Positions 46,829 to 57,445 of a stretch of 64,000 nucleotides of DNA are shown here, one piece after another (within the stretch, counting starts at the first letter, position 1; every line of letters starts with the position of its first letter). Location: positions 5,568 to 69,567 of the forward strand of contig CAYHXX010000004.1 of the NCBI GenBank assembly GCA_964360785.1, given 5' to 3'. Source of the stretch: an uncultured Gammaproteobacteria bacterium. Its GTDB lineage: Bacteria > Patescibacteriota > Microgenomatia > Woykebacterales > RBG-16-39-9b. The notes beneath the pieces were generated by a model. The model was not told the DNA's origin, made no database searches, and worked only from the letters and a program-made list of their open reading frames with translations. Position numbers and translations under genes: made by a program.

Positions 46829-47149
46829 TTACTGCTGATTCACTAAGGTGCGCAGCTTGTCAGCGTACAGGAAGCTGTAGATCCCCACCATCGCTGTTGC
46901 GATGAGTGGCGGACAGAACAATTCGAAGTACACGTTCTTATCCCCGAGGACCAAGGGCCAAGGGGCGGCTAACATTGACCCAGCCAGGATGAGTAACCAG
47001 ACCAGTGGATGGAGCTTTGCTGCCCACTCTCTGGCCGGTGAGAACTTGAAGTCCTTGTCGAGAAAGGCGATGCACATGTAGATCACGAAAAACACCGAGA
47101 TCTCGAAACCCAAAAGGGCCAGCACCGTGTTGTGTACCAAATCCTCCAT
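46829..47149 (-). CDS. hypothetical membrane protein
   Basis: three hydrophobic segments; terminator hairpin ccccgatttagtcgggg downstream on the minus strand. Confidence 0.4.
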   Translation of the reverse strand: MEDLVHNTVLALLGFEISVFFVIYMCIAFLDKDFKFSPAREWAAKLHPLVWLLILAGSMLAAPWPLVLGDKNVYFELFCPPLIATAMVGIYSFLYADKLRTLVNQQ

Positions 47150-47172
47150 AATTCCTCCTCGGCTTTCGCCGT

Positions 47173-47448
47173 TTAGAGCCCTTCCATTCGATATTGCGGG
47201 CTCGGTCCCAATTCCTTCTTTTCTACAGCGTCAGGCGGTGGATCCACCAACTTCCAGCGTGTATCACCGCCAGCGTAATCGCTGTCCTGGTCAACGTAAC
47301 CTCGTGGGTCAAGTGCATTGTTCAGCGATTGGACCACACCGTTCACACTGAGGCATGTTCGGGTTGCAATCTCTCGCGCAGTGCCCGCTCCTCCCAGCTC
47401 ATGCAGAGCTTGGAGTATGGTCCTTTGGATGGGCTTTAGGCTTGGCAT
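47173..47448 (-). CDS. winged-helix DNA-binding protein, GC-rich
   Basis: RTILQALHELGGAGTAREIATRTCLSVNGVVQSLNNAL HTH. Confidence 0.45.
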   Translation of the reverse strand: MPSLKPIQRTILQALHELGGAGTAREIATRTCLSVNGVVQSLNNALDPRGYVDQDSDYAGGDTRWKLVDPPPDAVEKKELGPSPQYRMEGL

Positions 47449-47598
47449 GGCCGCTCCTTACCGAATGCCTGGTTTAGCTTATCAACATTATACTTCGGTT
47501 ATACAAATTTTGAGAAATAAGTCGGGGAAAAAGAGAAGAGCCCCCGCCGTAATGAGGGAGGGGCTCTTGGTTGTGCCGTCACGTCGAGGAGCATTGGG

Positions 47599-48108
47599 TT
47601 AGCTTGCGGCCGCGTCGTTGCTCGTGGCGTCCGCCTGTTCCTCGCTGATCGGCAGGATGTCAGGCGAGTTCTTGTCCTCCTGAATCTCCTTCATCCTGTC
47701 CTTGCAGATTCCTGCCACCGCGCTCCAGATCCACCTGGAGATCACCTCGTCGAGGTGCGATAAGAGGCCGGAAACCGCGGCAGCGAGCTCATCCTGCACG
47801 AAGCCGCCGGCGAAGCGGGCGTCTCCGCCTTCGAGGATCCACGGCGCCTCATTGACGATATAGCTGGACGATTGGCCCGTGCGATGACATAGTTCGGCCT
47901 TCGCGCGGGCGATCTCGTCGTACTTGTGCGCCCAGCTCTCCTTGGGGTCCACGGCGATAGTGGTCTCGTAGAGATGAAACGACGGTTCGATCACCACGAT
48001 GTGGAGGTTCCTCCTGCCGCCGCCGAGCTCCGCGAGGAGCGCGTCGATCGAAGGGCGAACCAAGGCGACGGCCTGGTCGAAGACTTCCTGGGTAACCAGA
48101 AACGACAT
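47599..48108 (-). CDS. hypothetical protein, GC-rich (possibly GlcG/DUF336-like)
   Basis: high GC3; terminator hairpin gagcccctccctcattacggcgggggctc on minus at about 47527-47570. Confidence 0.35.
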   Translation of the reverse strand: MSFLVTQEVFDQAVALVRPSIDALLAELGGGRRNLHIVVIEPSFHLYETTIAVDPKESWAHKYDEIARAKAELCHRTGQSSSYIVNEAPWILEGGDARFAGGFVQDELAAAVSGLLSHLDEVISRWIWSAVAGICKDRMKEIQEDKNSPDILPISEEQADATSNDAAAS

Positions 48109-48306
48109 GGGTTTACTCTCCCTTTTCTAACTCAACCTGTCCAAACTTATGGACAAGGATTTACGAGTAAAATCATGCTTGATTATAGCAGAAAAAGAGA
48201 AGTATGTAAATACTATAAGATAGTTACCGGCCTCATTACTCTTTCTTCCTATTTTTATCAGATGATAGGAGAACTATTGGTTCCGCACTAAGAAGTGTTA
48301 ATTGAA

Positions 48307-48927
48307 CTATTTCTTTGCAGTTCTAAGTCGCCAGATCAAAGCAATGATCGGAAGTGTAAAAAACATCAGCACTTGAACATAGGTTTCCGGTGGACGGGGA
48401 AGATATTCTCCAATGGTTGGTAATTTACTCAAGTCAAATATTTGCGTCGGTGGGGCTTGTACCAAATGCATTGAGTATTCTTGCAATAACTTAGGTAGGA
48501 GTATTGCTGCTATCACAACTGCAGCCACCTTTTTATTAATAAATAAATCCTCTTTTCTAAACTTTTTGTATATTAAGTAAAATATAAAGAAATTCTCAAA
48601 GAAATTTGGGAAAAAGAACAATAAACCTCGAAAGTTTAAAATAATTGCGAGAAAAACTCCGATAAACCGATAGTAAAAAGAGAATAGTGCCACTTTCTTG
48701 GCGAGAACATCTTTCCAAGAAAGACAAGTGTAGGCAGCGATGGCTAGATAAAAAGTATCTAGGATCTTATCCCAAGTCTGATAATGACTCATATAAACCC
48801 CTGTTTGGCTGAGGTAGAAATAATCGCTGAGATCCAAATAAGATGAAAGTAATACACCAAAAAGCGGCCAGCGGAGGATTGAAAGAGGAACTGTCAGTCG
48901 TAAAATCGTCCAAATAATCCAAATCAT
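48307..48927 (-). CDS. polytopic membrane protein
   Basis: at least six hydrophobic segments; low GC. Confidence 0.45.
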   Translation of the reverse strand: MIWIIWTILRLTVPLSILRWPLFGVLLSSYLDLSDYFYLSQTGVYMSHYQTWDKILDTFYLAIAAYTCLSWKDVLAKKVALFSFYYRFIGVFLAIILNFRGLLFFFPNFFENFFIFYLIYKKFRKEDLFINKKVAAVVIAAILLPKLLQEYSMHLVQAPPTQIFDLSKLPTIGEYLPRPPETYVQVLMFFTLPIIALIWRLRTAKK

Positions 48928-49011
48928 GATTACCTTCCTTTGCCAATATAAATTAGAAAGGGCCTTAGAACAATAAGGAGTTTGCTTGACTTAGTTTTAG
49001 GAAACAATGTA

Positions 49012-49036
49012 ATATATCCCTATAAGGGGGATATAA
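49012..49036. promoter_or_regulatory. CsoR-type operator-like inverted repeat ATATCCC-tataa-GGGGATAT overlapping the -10 region of the copper operon promoter
   Basis: palindrome immediately after promoter ttgact-18-taatat; resembles GC-tract pseudo-palindromes bound by CsoR. Confidence 0.45.
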
Positions 49037-49039
49037 TTT

Positions 49040-49312
49040 ATGGCATACCGACCAAGGAACACACAAGAAAGAATTCTTCACCGGCTAAAAATAGTCCAAG
49101 GACATCTCAAAAAAGTTATAAATATGGTTGAAGAAGACGATTATTGTATTGATATTCTCCACCAAACCCAAGCAATCGAAAAGGCTTTAAAAGAAGCCGA
49201 CAACTTAATGCTTGAGAACCATCTGCAATCCTGTGTTTCTGATGCGATCAAAGGAGGTCGGAAGAGCGAAGCAATTGCGGAGGTCATTGAAGTATTTCGT
49301 AAAGCGCAATAA
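49040..49312 (+). CDS. csoR: CsoR/RcnR-family metal-sensing repressor
   Basis: RLKIVQGHLKKVINMVEEDDYCIDILHQTQAIEKAL...HLQSCV. Confidence 0.75.
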   Translation: MAYRPRNTQERILHRLKIVQGHLKKVINMVEEDDYCIDILHQTQAIEKALKEADNLMLENHLQSCVSDAIKGGRKSEAIAEVIEVFRKAQ

Positions 49313-49315
49313 TTT

Positions 49316-49679
49316 TATGACAATAGATAAAATTTTAGTCATCTTTTTTAGTATCGCAGGAATCGGTTTCACCTATTGGTTTTTTCTGAGGAAGGGTGAG
49401 AAAGAAGTCGTCGTAGCCTTGAATTCAATTGATATTTATGTCGATGGTGGTTATCAACCGGAAGTTATTTCGATAGCAAAGGGTAAAACAACCAAAATTA
49501 ATTTTCTACGAAAAGATTCGTCAGCTTGTTTGGAAGAAGTCGTCCTATCAGATTTCAAAATCCGCAAATATTTGCCTTTAAACCAAAAAGTAACTGTTGA
49601 AGTTACTCCGCCAAAACAAGGAATGTTTGATATTTCCTGCGGGATGAACATGTTTCACGGAAAGATCAAGGTAAACTAA
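49316..49679 (+). CDS. cupredoxin-like domain protein (N-terminal TM anchor)
   Basis: ATG at 49316; FDISCGMNMFHGKIKVN resembles the C-terminal domain at 52700-52960. Confidence 0.5.
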
Positions 49680-51920
49680 ATGGCAGAAACTAAACAAACT
49701 TATGCAATCAAAGGTATGCACTGTGCCTCCTGTGTCGGAGTGCTAGAAAAATCGCTTAAGAGAACTTCTGGAATTAAAGAAGCCGTAGTAAATCTAGCTA
49801 CCGAAAAGGCAACTGTCACTTTTGATCCAGATATTTGTAGTGAAGACCAAATAGCTTCCGCAGTCGCGAATGTCGGCTACAAAGTGGTTACAGGTAAGGA
49901 AGCTACTTCTGTTGATCAGGAAAAAGCGGAAAAAGCCAAAGAGTTAAAGGATTTACGCAATAAAGTTGTGGTTAGTCTATTCTTAGGAGCGTTAATTTTG
50001 TGGGGGAGTTTCCCTGGATTAATCAATACTGCTCCGGAATTTTTAAAAAACTTTTGGGTTCAACTAATACTCGCTACTCCGGTACAGTTTTGGGCAGCTC
50101 TTGGTTTTTACAAGGCAACTATTCCCGCCCTGAAACACCGAACTGCCAATATGGATACTTTGGTTGCACTCGGTACAACGGTCGCTTACGGGTATTCCGC
50201 TTTTGTGACAATCTTTCCTAGTGTAATTATGAATTTAGAAATTGAGGCCATGCCGTACTTTGATGTAGCGACTCTTGTTATTGGTTTGATCCTACTTGGT
50301 CGTTATTTCGAGGCCAAAGCCAAAGCCGGAACCAGCGAAGCAATCAAAAAATTAATCGGCATGCAGGCCAAGACAGCTCGAGTTTTACGTGATGGCAAAG
50401 AAATCGATATTCCGATTGAAAAGGTTGTCATCGGGGATGCGATTAGAGTTCGACCAGGTGAGAAGATTCCGGTTGATGGGCAAATTTTGGAAGGAGAATC
50501 TAGTGTTGACGAGTCCATGTTAACCGGTGAGAGCATTCCGGTGGATAAATCCAAAGGCGACAGCGTTGTCGGAGCGACCCTGAATAAAACCGGGACCTTC
50601 ACTTACCGAGCCACCAAAATCGGTCAGGATACAATGCTTGCCCAAATTATAAAACTTGTCTCTGAAGCTCAAGGGTCTAAGGCCCCGATTCAACGAGTTG
50701 CCGATCTGATCTCTTCGTACTTCGTCCCAATTGTTATCATGCTGGCATTTGCTACTTTTGGAGTCTGGTACGTTTTTGGTTCTTCGCCAGCTGGCGAACC
50801 AAGTTTAGTTTTTGCTTTGCTCAATACTGTTGCGGTTCTCATCATTGCTTGTCCTTGTGCCATGGGTTTGGCGACGCCAACTGCGATCATGGTGGGAACT
50901 GGCATTGGTGCTGAGCACGGAATTTTGATAAAAGACGCCGAAAGTTTGGAGATTGCCCACAAAGTTAAGACCATTATTTTTGACAAAACCGGGACTTTGA
51001 CCAAAGGTAGCCCTGAAGTTACAGACATTATTCCAGCGGGCAAATTATCAGAGGATGAAGTTTTAAAAATTGCGGCTTCGATCGAGAAAGGTTCGGAACA
51101 CTCATTAGCGGAAGCAATTGTTAAACATGCGGAGACGAAAAAAATTGATCTGGAAAAAGTTAGCGCCTTTAAAGCAATCGCTGGTCACGGAGTTGAAGGA
51201 AAGGTTGAAGAAAAGCAAGTTTATCTTGGTAATAGAAAGTTAATGGATCGAGAAAAGATTAATTATCGAACTTACTTAACTCAAATTGAAAAGTTAGAGA
51301 CCGAAGGCAAAACAGTTATGTTACTTGCAGTTGACCGAAATCTAGTTGGGTTAGTTGCGGTTGCCGATACGGTTAAGGAGAGTGCAAAAGCAGGAGTAGA
51401 ACCTTTGCAGAAAAAGGGAATCGAGGTGGTCATGATCAGTGGTGATAATCAAAGAACAGCAAATGCAATAGCTGAAAAATTAGGAATTAAAAGGGTTTTG
51501 GCTGAAGTATTGCCAGACCAGAAAGAAGCGGAAGTGAGAAAAATCCAAGCCGAGGGAAAAATAGTTGCCATGGTCGGTGATGGTATCAATGACGCCCCCG
51601 CCCTTGCTGCCGCCGATGTTGGCATCGCGATGGGTTCAGGAACTGATGTGGCGATTGAAGCAGCTGACATTACTTTGATTAACAAAGATTTAAAATCAGT
51701 GGCTAGTGCAATTGAGCTTTCCCGCAAAACCATGCGGACAATCAAAATGAATCTCTTTTGGGCATTTGGTTATAATGTTGTTTTGATACCGGTCGCTATG
51801 GGAGCGCTTTACCCATTTTGGGGTTTACTGCTCAACCCAATTTTTGCCTCAATGGCAATGGCGTTGAGTTCAATTTCAGTGGTTAGCAACTCTTTATTGC
51901 TGAGAAAGGCTAAGATATGA
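49680..51920 (+). CDS. copA: copper-translocating P1B-type ATPase
   Basis: [31 protein letters not shown]. Confidence 0.95.
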   Translation: MAETKQTYAIKGMHCASCVGVLEKSLKRTSGIKEAVVNLATEKATVTFDPDICSEDQIASAVANVGYKVVTGKEATSVDQEKAEKAKELKDLRNKVVVSLFLGALILWGSFPGLINTAPEFLKNFWVQLILATPVQFWAALGFYKATIPALKHRTANMDTLVALGTTVAYGYSAFVTIFPSVIMNLEIEAMPYFDVATLVIGLILLGRYFEAKAKAGTSEAIKKLIGMQAKTARVLRDGKEIDIPIEKVVIGDAIRVRPGEKIPVDGQILEGESSVDESMLTGESIPVDKSKGDSVVGATLNKTGTFTYRATKIGQDTMLAQIIKLVSEAQGSKAPIQRVADLISSYFVPIVIMLAFATFGVWYVFGSSPAGEPSLVFALLNTVAVLIIACPCAMGLATPTAIMVGTGIGAEHGILIKDAESLEIAHKVKTIIFDKTGTLTKGSPEVTDIIPAGKLSEDEVLKIAASIEKGSEHSLAEAIVKHAETKKIDLEKVSAFKAIAGHGVEGKVEEKQVYLGNRKLMDREKINYRTYLTQIEKLETEGKTVMLLAVDRNLVGLVAVADTVKESAKAGVEPLQKKGIEVVMISGDNQRTANAIAEKLGIKRVLAEVLPDQKEAEVRKIQAEGKIVAMVGDGINDAPALAAADVGIAMGSGTDVAIEAADITLINKDLKSVASAIELSRKTMRTIKMNLFWAFGYNVVLIPVAMGALYPFWGLLLNPIFASMAMALSSISVVSNSLLLRKAKI

Positions 51921-52960
51921 ATCTTTGGGTAATATTTCTAACTGGGTTGACGGTCGGAGGTTTGACTTGTTTAGCAGTTCAGGGCGGACTTTTGGCCTCG
52001 GTTATTGCTGCCAGAGAAGAAGAGGTTGGTAGCAATATCAAGAAACACGCTCTTTACGCGACAGGAGTTTTTCTAGTTTTTAAGCTTTTTTCATACACTG
52101 TTTTAGGATTTATTCTCGGTGCCTTTGGCGGCGCGCTGAATATTAGTAGTAGTGTGCAGACATTCATGCAACTTTTGGCTGGGATTTATATGATTCTTGT
52201 GGCAATGAATTTGCTCAATATTCACCCGATTTTTCGCTACGCTATTATTCAACCGCCACGGTTTTTAACACGATTGGTAAAAAACCAGTCAAAATCCAAA
52301 GACATCTTTGCGCCGGCCTTTTTGGGTGCAATGACAATTTTTATTCCTTGTGGGACAACTTTGGCAATGGAGGCCCTGGCGATTAGTAGTGCTAATGCTT
52401 TTGTTGGCGCTGGAGTGATGGCAGCGTTTATTTTGGGAACAATGCCTTTGTTTTTTGGAGTTGGAGCGGTTACTTCTTTTATGGGAGAAGCCTTTAAAAC
52501 AAAATTCTTTAAACTAGCCGCGGTAGCAGTGATTTACCTTGGTGTGACCTCTATTAACGGAGCTTTGGTTTCAATGGATTCTCCGTTCACATTTCAAAAA
52601 TTAGCGGAGAAATTCCCGGTTTCGCTCAGTATCGGGGGAGCAGTTTCGGAAAATGAACAGCAACCCGAAGCGACTCAAAGTAGTGAAATTGTTACTAGCC
52701 AGGATGTGCAGATCAACATAACTTTCCAAGGTTATAGCCCAAACTATTTTCGGGTAAAAAAGGGTGAACCGGTAAAGCTGACTTTAAAAAGTGATGGCGC
52801 CTTTAGTTGTGCCTCGGCCTTCCGTATCCCGTCCCTCGGGATAAGCAAGAACCTGACGCCAAATGATACAGAGGTGATTACCTTTACGCCTGACAAAGCT
52901 GGTAAGATCCAATTCAACTGCTCAATGGGAATGTATCGCGGAATCATTGAGGTAATATGA
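51917..52960 (+). CDS. polytopic membrane protein (TauE/CcdA-like) fused to C-terminal cupredoxin-like domain
   Basis: ATGA overlap with copA; C-terminal domain [21 protein letters not shown] paralogous to 49316..49679. Confidence 0.5.
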   Translation: MNLWVIFLTGLTVGGLTCLAVQGGLLASVIAAREEEVGSNIKKHALYATGVFLVFKLFSYTVLGFILGAFGGALNISSSVQTFMQLLAGIYMILVAMNLLNIHPIFRYAIIQPPRFLTRLVKNQSKSKDIFAPAFLGAMTIFIPCGTTLAMEALAISSANAFVGAGVMAAFILGTMPLFFGVGAVTSFMGEAFKTKFFKLAAVAVIYLGVTSINGALVSMDSPFTFQKLAEKFPVSLSIGGAVSENEQQPEATQSSEIVTSQDVQINITFQGYSPNYFRVKKGEPVKLTLKSDGAFSCASAFRIPSLGISKNLTPNDTEVITFTPDKAGKIQFNCSMGMYRGIIEVI

Positions 52961-53184
52961 GTACTTTTGTCAAAGAAAAACTAAAAATTTCTGGTATGCA
53001 CTGTACTTCTTGTGCAATGAATATTGATTTTGATTTGGAAGATCTTGATGGGGTAAGTTCAGCAAAAACAAACTATGCAAGAGAGGAAACCGAGGTTGAG
53101 TTTGATCCCGAAAAACTACAGCTAGAAGAGATTTTAAAACAAATCCAGAAAACCGGTTATAAAGCCACTGCGATTACACAATAA
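52957..53184 (+). CDS. copZ: copper chaperone CopZ (HMA domain)
   Basis: GMHCTSCAMNI. Confidence 0.8.
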   Translation: MSTFVKEKLKISGMHCTSCAMNIDFDLEDLDGVSSAKTNYAREETEVEFDPEKLQLEEILKQIQKTGYKATAITQ

Positions 53185-53224
53185 ATCTGTTCGAACTTTA
53201 AAAGCCCTTTTGGAATTTAAGCCT

Positions 53225-54496
53225 TTACTCAACGAACGTCAGCGCGATTCCTTTTTTGTCAGCACGGCCGGTTCTACCGATTCGGTGAATGTAGTCCTCG
53301 TAAGTTCCAGGTAGGTCGTAGTTGATAACGTGAGATACATTATCTATATCTAGTCCGCGACTAGCTACATCCGTAGCCAGAAGAATCTGGATATTGTTTT
53401 GTTTGAAACTCTGCAAGATTCTTTGGCGCTGACCTTGGGTTCTATTTCCATGAATTGCCCCGACATTAAAGCCGCGTTCGGTTAGTTGTTTATTTAGTTT
53501 TTCAATCCCGTGTTTGGTACGGCCGAAAATCATGACTTTATTAAATTCGTCCTGGTTTAGCAGATCATGAAGTTGGTCGACCTTTTTAGTTCTATCGACG
53601 ACTCGGACAATATCTTGATCTACATTTTCTGATGTGGGTTGCTGTTGCACCGAGACAGTTACCGGATCTTTGACGAAATCTCGCAGTATTTCCTGAACTT
53701 TAGAAGGAACAGTGGCTGAGAAGAAAAGAGACTGTCTTGGGGTAGGAAGTAGGGAGACAAAGAACTTGATATCGTTGATAAAACCAATGTCGACCATCAG
53801 GTCAACCTCATCGAGAACAATGTTTCGAAAATCAGTCAGGCGCAGTTGTTTCTGCTCGATCAAATCTTTAAGACGTCCGGGTGTTCCAATGACTACATTT
53901 GGATTTCGGCGCAGATCAAAAACCTGTTTTCTGGAACTTGCTCCACCAATAATCAGTGCAGAAAATATTCTCATGCCAAAGGCGAACTCTCTAAACTCAT
54001 CGTTGATTTGGCCGGCTAGTTCGCGAGTAGGGGTTACGATCAGAACTTTTTCGTTGCGGTTCCTGTAAATTTTCTCTAGTAGTGGAATCAAGAAAGCAGC
54101 AGTTTTTCCAGTACCAGTGTTGGCAATTCCGATCAAGTCTCTACCATCGAGAATCGGCTGAATTGCTTTGTCCTGAATTGGAGTTGGGTGAGTATAGCCC
54201 TTTTTTGAAATGTTTTGATGCAAAGGCTGTACCAGATTGAAATCATTAAATGAGTTATGCGGTGTGTAGCTTTCTGATGGGGAGGTCTCAGAGGCTTTCT
54301 TAATAAAAAGGTTTACATCACGGTTGCCAAGTTTTCCTTTAATGTTGGCTGGCCCGCTTTGAGGACGGTTGCCGAATCTGTTCTGATTGCTATTTTGAGA
54401 ATGATTAAAACCACCACCATTGGTGGGACGTCCGAAGCGGTTACGGTTGCCACGAAAACCACTATTTTTAAAGCCCGACTTGTTGGGTTGAAACAT
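53225..54496 (-). CDS. DEAD-box ATP-dependent RNA helicase with RG-rich N-terminus
   Basis: Q motif, ANTGTGKTAAF, DEVD (LDEVDLM), SAT, HRIGRTGR. Confidence 0.9.
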   Translation of the reverse strand: MFQPNKSGFKNSGFRGNRNRFGRPTNGGGFNHSQNSNQNRFGNRPQSGPANIKGKLGNRDVNLFIKKASETSPSESYTPHNSFNDFNLVQPLHQNISKKGYTHPTPIQDKAIQPILDGRDLIGIANTGTGKTAAFLIPLLEKIYRNRNEKVLIVTPTRELAGQINDEFREFAFGMRIFSALIIGGASSRKQVFDLRRNPNVVIGTPGRLKDLIEQKQLRLTDFRNIVLDEVDLMVDIGFINDIKFFVSLLPTPRQSLFFSATVPSKVQEILRDFVKDPVTVSVQQQPTSENVDQDIVRVVDRTKKVDQLHDLLNQDEFNKVMIFGRTKHGIEKLNKQLTERGFNVGAIHGNRTQGQRQRILQSFKQNNIQILLATDVASRGLDIDNVSHVINYDLPGTYEDYIHRIGRTGRADKKGIALTFVE

Positions 54497-54690
54497 AATT
54501 TTTTTGAAAGAGAAGCTAAGAAAAAAATTAAAGGTTAATCTTAGGAGCTAGTATCAAAGATAACCCTTAACCGCATAAATTGCAGTAGTGAAAGGAAAGA
54601 ATCGTTGTTCAGCTCGAATTCTAATTCAAAGGGAGTATAACACAGTTTTGGAAAAAAAGCAAAATACTATAAGTTGTAGAGTAGTTATTT

Positions 54691-55677
54691 CTACTTAAGA
54701 ATTAGATCCAGAGCTTGTTTGGCATTAGTCGGTGTTGTCATAAAGGAGCCGTGCAGTCCCTTTGGATCTTTGATGAAGAGTACAACGCTAGCACCATATT
54801 TCTCGATTGTTGTTTTTGTAGACTCCATCGCTTGGCAACCATTGATATCTGGTTCAGGGTCTTTTTCACCACAATACAAAATCCATTTATAATTCGCAAA
54901 AGGAGTGGTGCCAAACGTACCGTTCAAAATATCCTTATTTGGGGAGTAGTCATTGGCAAAGCGACCGGCATTTGAAATGACATAATCAAAATATTTGCTG
55001 CTAGAATTGAGTGCCGCAATAGAATAGCTATTGGCTGATCCACGACTATATCCTTCAAACACGATCAAATCCGTTTGGGTAAAACCTTGAGAGGCTAGGA
55101 AACTGTTAATTACTTTGTTCATTTCGGCCGGTGTGTAGTAGTCGCTAGAAGTTTCGCCTTGTCCGAACCACCACTGTAGGGAAGTTAGCGCAAAATCGTA
55201 TTTTTCGGAAAGAATTGGATACCATGCTGCGAAATCTTGCGAAGCATAACCGTCGTGACCGCCGAGGGAAATAATAAGTTTTTTGGGGGAGCTGTTAGAC
55301 CAGTTTTGCGGTTTCCAATAAAGCCAGAAACTCTTGTTGTCAGAGGTCACAGAAAAACTAGCTCCTGCGGCAGAGGCATTTTGGTAATTCTGGCTGTCGG
55401 AACTTAGCATTCGCTGGTAAATTCCCAAAGAGGAAATATCTACGGTAGTTGTAGTTGCCTGCTTGCTAGTCTGAACCGCTGATTTGGTTGCGGTTGCAGT
55501 TTGAGAAGTGTTATTTGTTTGAACCGTGTTTCTGTTGGTTTTGTGACTTAAGATGTAAACCCCAGCGGCAACAATGGCGATAAGAAGCACTCCAACAGCT
55601 GCTAATACAGTTGGTTTTTTAAATATTGAAATCAGATCTTTTGGACTTTGGGAAAGTGGGGCAGGTTGCTCAGGCAT
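54691..55677 (-). CDS. secreted alpha/beta-hydrolase (esterase-like)
   Basis: N-terminal TM/signal; nucleophile elbow GYSRGS. Confidence 0.5.
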   Translation of the reverse strand: MPEQPAPLSQSPKDLISIFKKPTVLAAVGVLLIAIVAAGVYILSHKTNRNTVQTNNTSQTATATKSAVQTSKQATTTTVDISSLGIYQRMLSSDSQNYQNASAAGASFSVTSDNKSFWLYWKPQNWSNSSPKKLIISLGGHDGYASQDFAAWYPILSEKYDFALTSLQWWFGQGETSSDYYTPAEMNKVINSFLASQGFTQTDLIVFEGYSRGSANSYSIAALNSSSKYFDYVISNAGRFANDYSPNKDILNGTFGTTPFANYKWILYCGEKDPEPDINGCQAMESTKTTIEKYGASVVLFIKDPKGLHGSFMTTPTNAKQALDLILK

Positions 55678-55732
55678 TAAGAAAATTATTGCAAATTACC
55701 TTTTATAAAGCAAACCTGCTAAAATCCTTAAC

Positions 55733-56788
55733 ATGTTGAAAGTCGGAATTGTCGGGCTCCCAAACGTGGGTAAGTCTACCTTATTTAATGCTTTACTCAA
55801 AAAACAAGTCGCGCAAGCAGCAAACTATCCATTTACTACAATCGATCCAAATATTGGCGTAGTCGAAGTTCCCGACGAGCGTCTGCAAAAGTTGGCCGAG
55901 GTGGTCAAAACTGAAAAAATTATTCCGGCAGCTGTCGAGTTTGTCGATATTGCTGGTTTGGTTAAGGGTGCAGCTGCTGGTGAAGGTCTTGGAAACAAAT
56001 TCCTTTCCCATATTCGTGAAGTCGATGCTATTGCCCATGTGGTTAGAGAATTCGAGGATTCTGATGTACTGCGAAGTGATAGCTCGACTGATGCAAAGAG
56101 TGATGTTGAAACGATTAACACGGAGCTGATATTGGCTGATCTGGAAACGATCGAGAAGTTAGTTTTTGGTGCTAAGAAGGATGTCAAAGCCAAGGAAAAA
56201 AGTGCTGAGAAAAAATTGGAAGCCTACCTTAAACTTAAAGGAGGGTTGGAAAAGGGAACATTGGCCAAAGATATTGAGATTGATCCCGAACTAGCGGTTG
56301 GTTTACCGCTGATAACTATCAAGCCCACGATTTACGTTATTAACGTTGCTGAGTCCGAGTTGAAACAGGCAATCAATTTGGAATTAGAACCAAAGGTTGT
56401 TATTTGTGCCAAAGTCGAAGCTGAGCTAGTTGAATTAAATCCTGATGAGCAAAAAGATTACTTGAAAGAGTTAGGATTACATGAATCAGGATTGGAAAGG
56501 TTGATTAGCGAAAGTTACAAGCTACTCGGCTTGGTCACTTACTTCACTGCCGGTGAGAAGGAAGTTCGTGCCTGGACTATACATATTGATACAAAAGCAC
56601 CTCAAGCAGCGGGTGTAATCCACACAGATTTTGAAAAAGGCTTTATTAAAGCGGAGGTGATTAACTGGGAAAAGCTTGTTACTGTTGGTGGTTGGAATCA
56701 AGCAAGGGAAAAAGGTTTAGTTCGCCTTGAAGGTAAAGACTACCTCTTCCAAGACGGGGACACGACCATTTTCAAATTCAACGTTTAA
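55733..56788 (+). CDS. ychF: ribosome-binding ATPase YchF
   Basis: GIVGLPNVGKSTLFNAL, TGS domain C-terminus. Confidence 0.9.
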   Translation: MLKVGIVGLPNVGKSTLFNALLKKQVAQAANYPFTTIDPNIGVVEVPDERLQKLAEVVKTEKIIPAAVEFVDIAGLVKGAAAGEGLGNKFLSHIREVDAIAHVVREFEDSDVLRSDSSTDAKSDVETINTELILADLETIEKLVFGAKKDVKAKEKSAEKKLEAYLKLKGGLEKGTLAKDIEIDPELAVGLPLITIKPTIYVINVAESELKQAINLELEPKVVICAKVEAELVELNPDEQKDYLKELGLHESGLERLISESYKLLGLVTYFTAGEKEVRAWTIHIDTKAPQAAGVIHTDFEKGFIKAEVINWEKLVTVGGWNQAREKGLVRLEGKDYLFQDGDTTIFKFNV

Positions 56789-56875
56789 AAAAAGAGCCGA
56801 CTGCTTCGAATGTGGAAGCAGCCGGTTTTGCGTTGGCATCGTGCGAACTCGTGTCAGCAGCCGTGACGTAGGGTA

Positions 56876-57280
56876 TTACGAGTGGATGGGACGCATTTGC
56901 CGATGGTAAGCCAGACGTCGTTTCACTTCATTAAGTTTCTCTTCCTCCCGTTGACGGCGTTTCGCATCACGCACGAGGCGCGCGATTCGAGAGCGCAGGA
57001 CTGATGGACGCTTCTTCGCTGGCGTTCCCCGCATCTTCAAGCGCAGCCGGCGCAGTTGGTTGACGTCGATGCCACCGTTGCTCGTGATGCAGAGGTTAAC
57101 TTGCCGTCGGGTGTTGCGGTGGCTCTTGTGTGAACCGTCCGACGGTTGGAGGATTCGGTGCAGGTACCCTGTCACCGTTTCACGTCCTTCCTCGAGAAGC
57201 AGGTGACCCGCTCTTTCGAGAGCGATGGCTCGGGGAACACAATTTCCCGCATCCTCCCACGCAGGGATATTTAGTTCCAT
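56876..57280 (-). CDS. hypothetical basic protein, GC-rich
   Basis: R/K-rich C-terminus; high GC3. Confidence 0.3.
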   Translation of the reverse strand: MELNIPAWEDAGNCVPRAIALERAGHLLLEEGRETVTGYLHRILQPSDGSHKSHRNTRRQVNLCITSNGGIDVNQLRRLRLKMRGTPAKKRPSVLRSRIARLVRDAKRRQREEEKLNEVKRRLAYHRQMRPIHS

Positions 57281-57445
57281 GGTGGACTCTCCCTTCGGTA
57301 ATGACCTGATTGCTCGCTTACTTCTGGCCTATAATATAAAACTAATTGAGCTAAATTGCAAATCCAGTTTGTAGGTGGAGAAAAATTGGGCCGAGTGCAG
57401 GGTGTGCAATCGGCCCGTGACGGACTATTCGGTTGGTTTGGCGTA

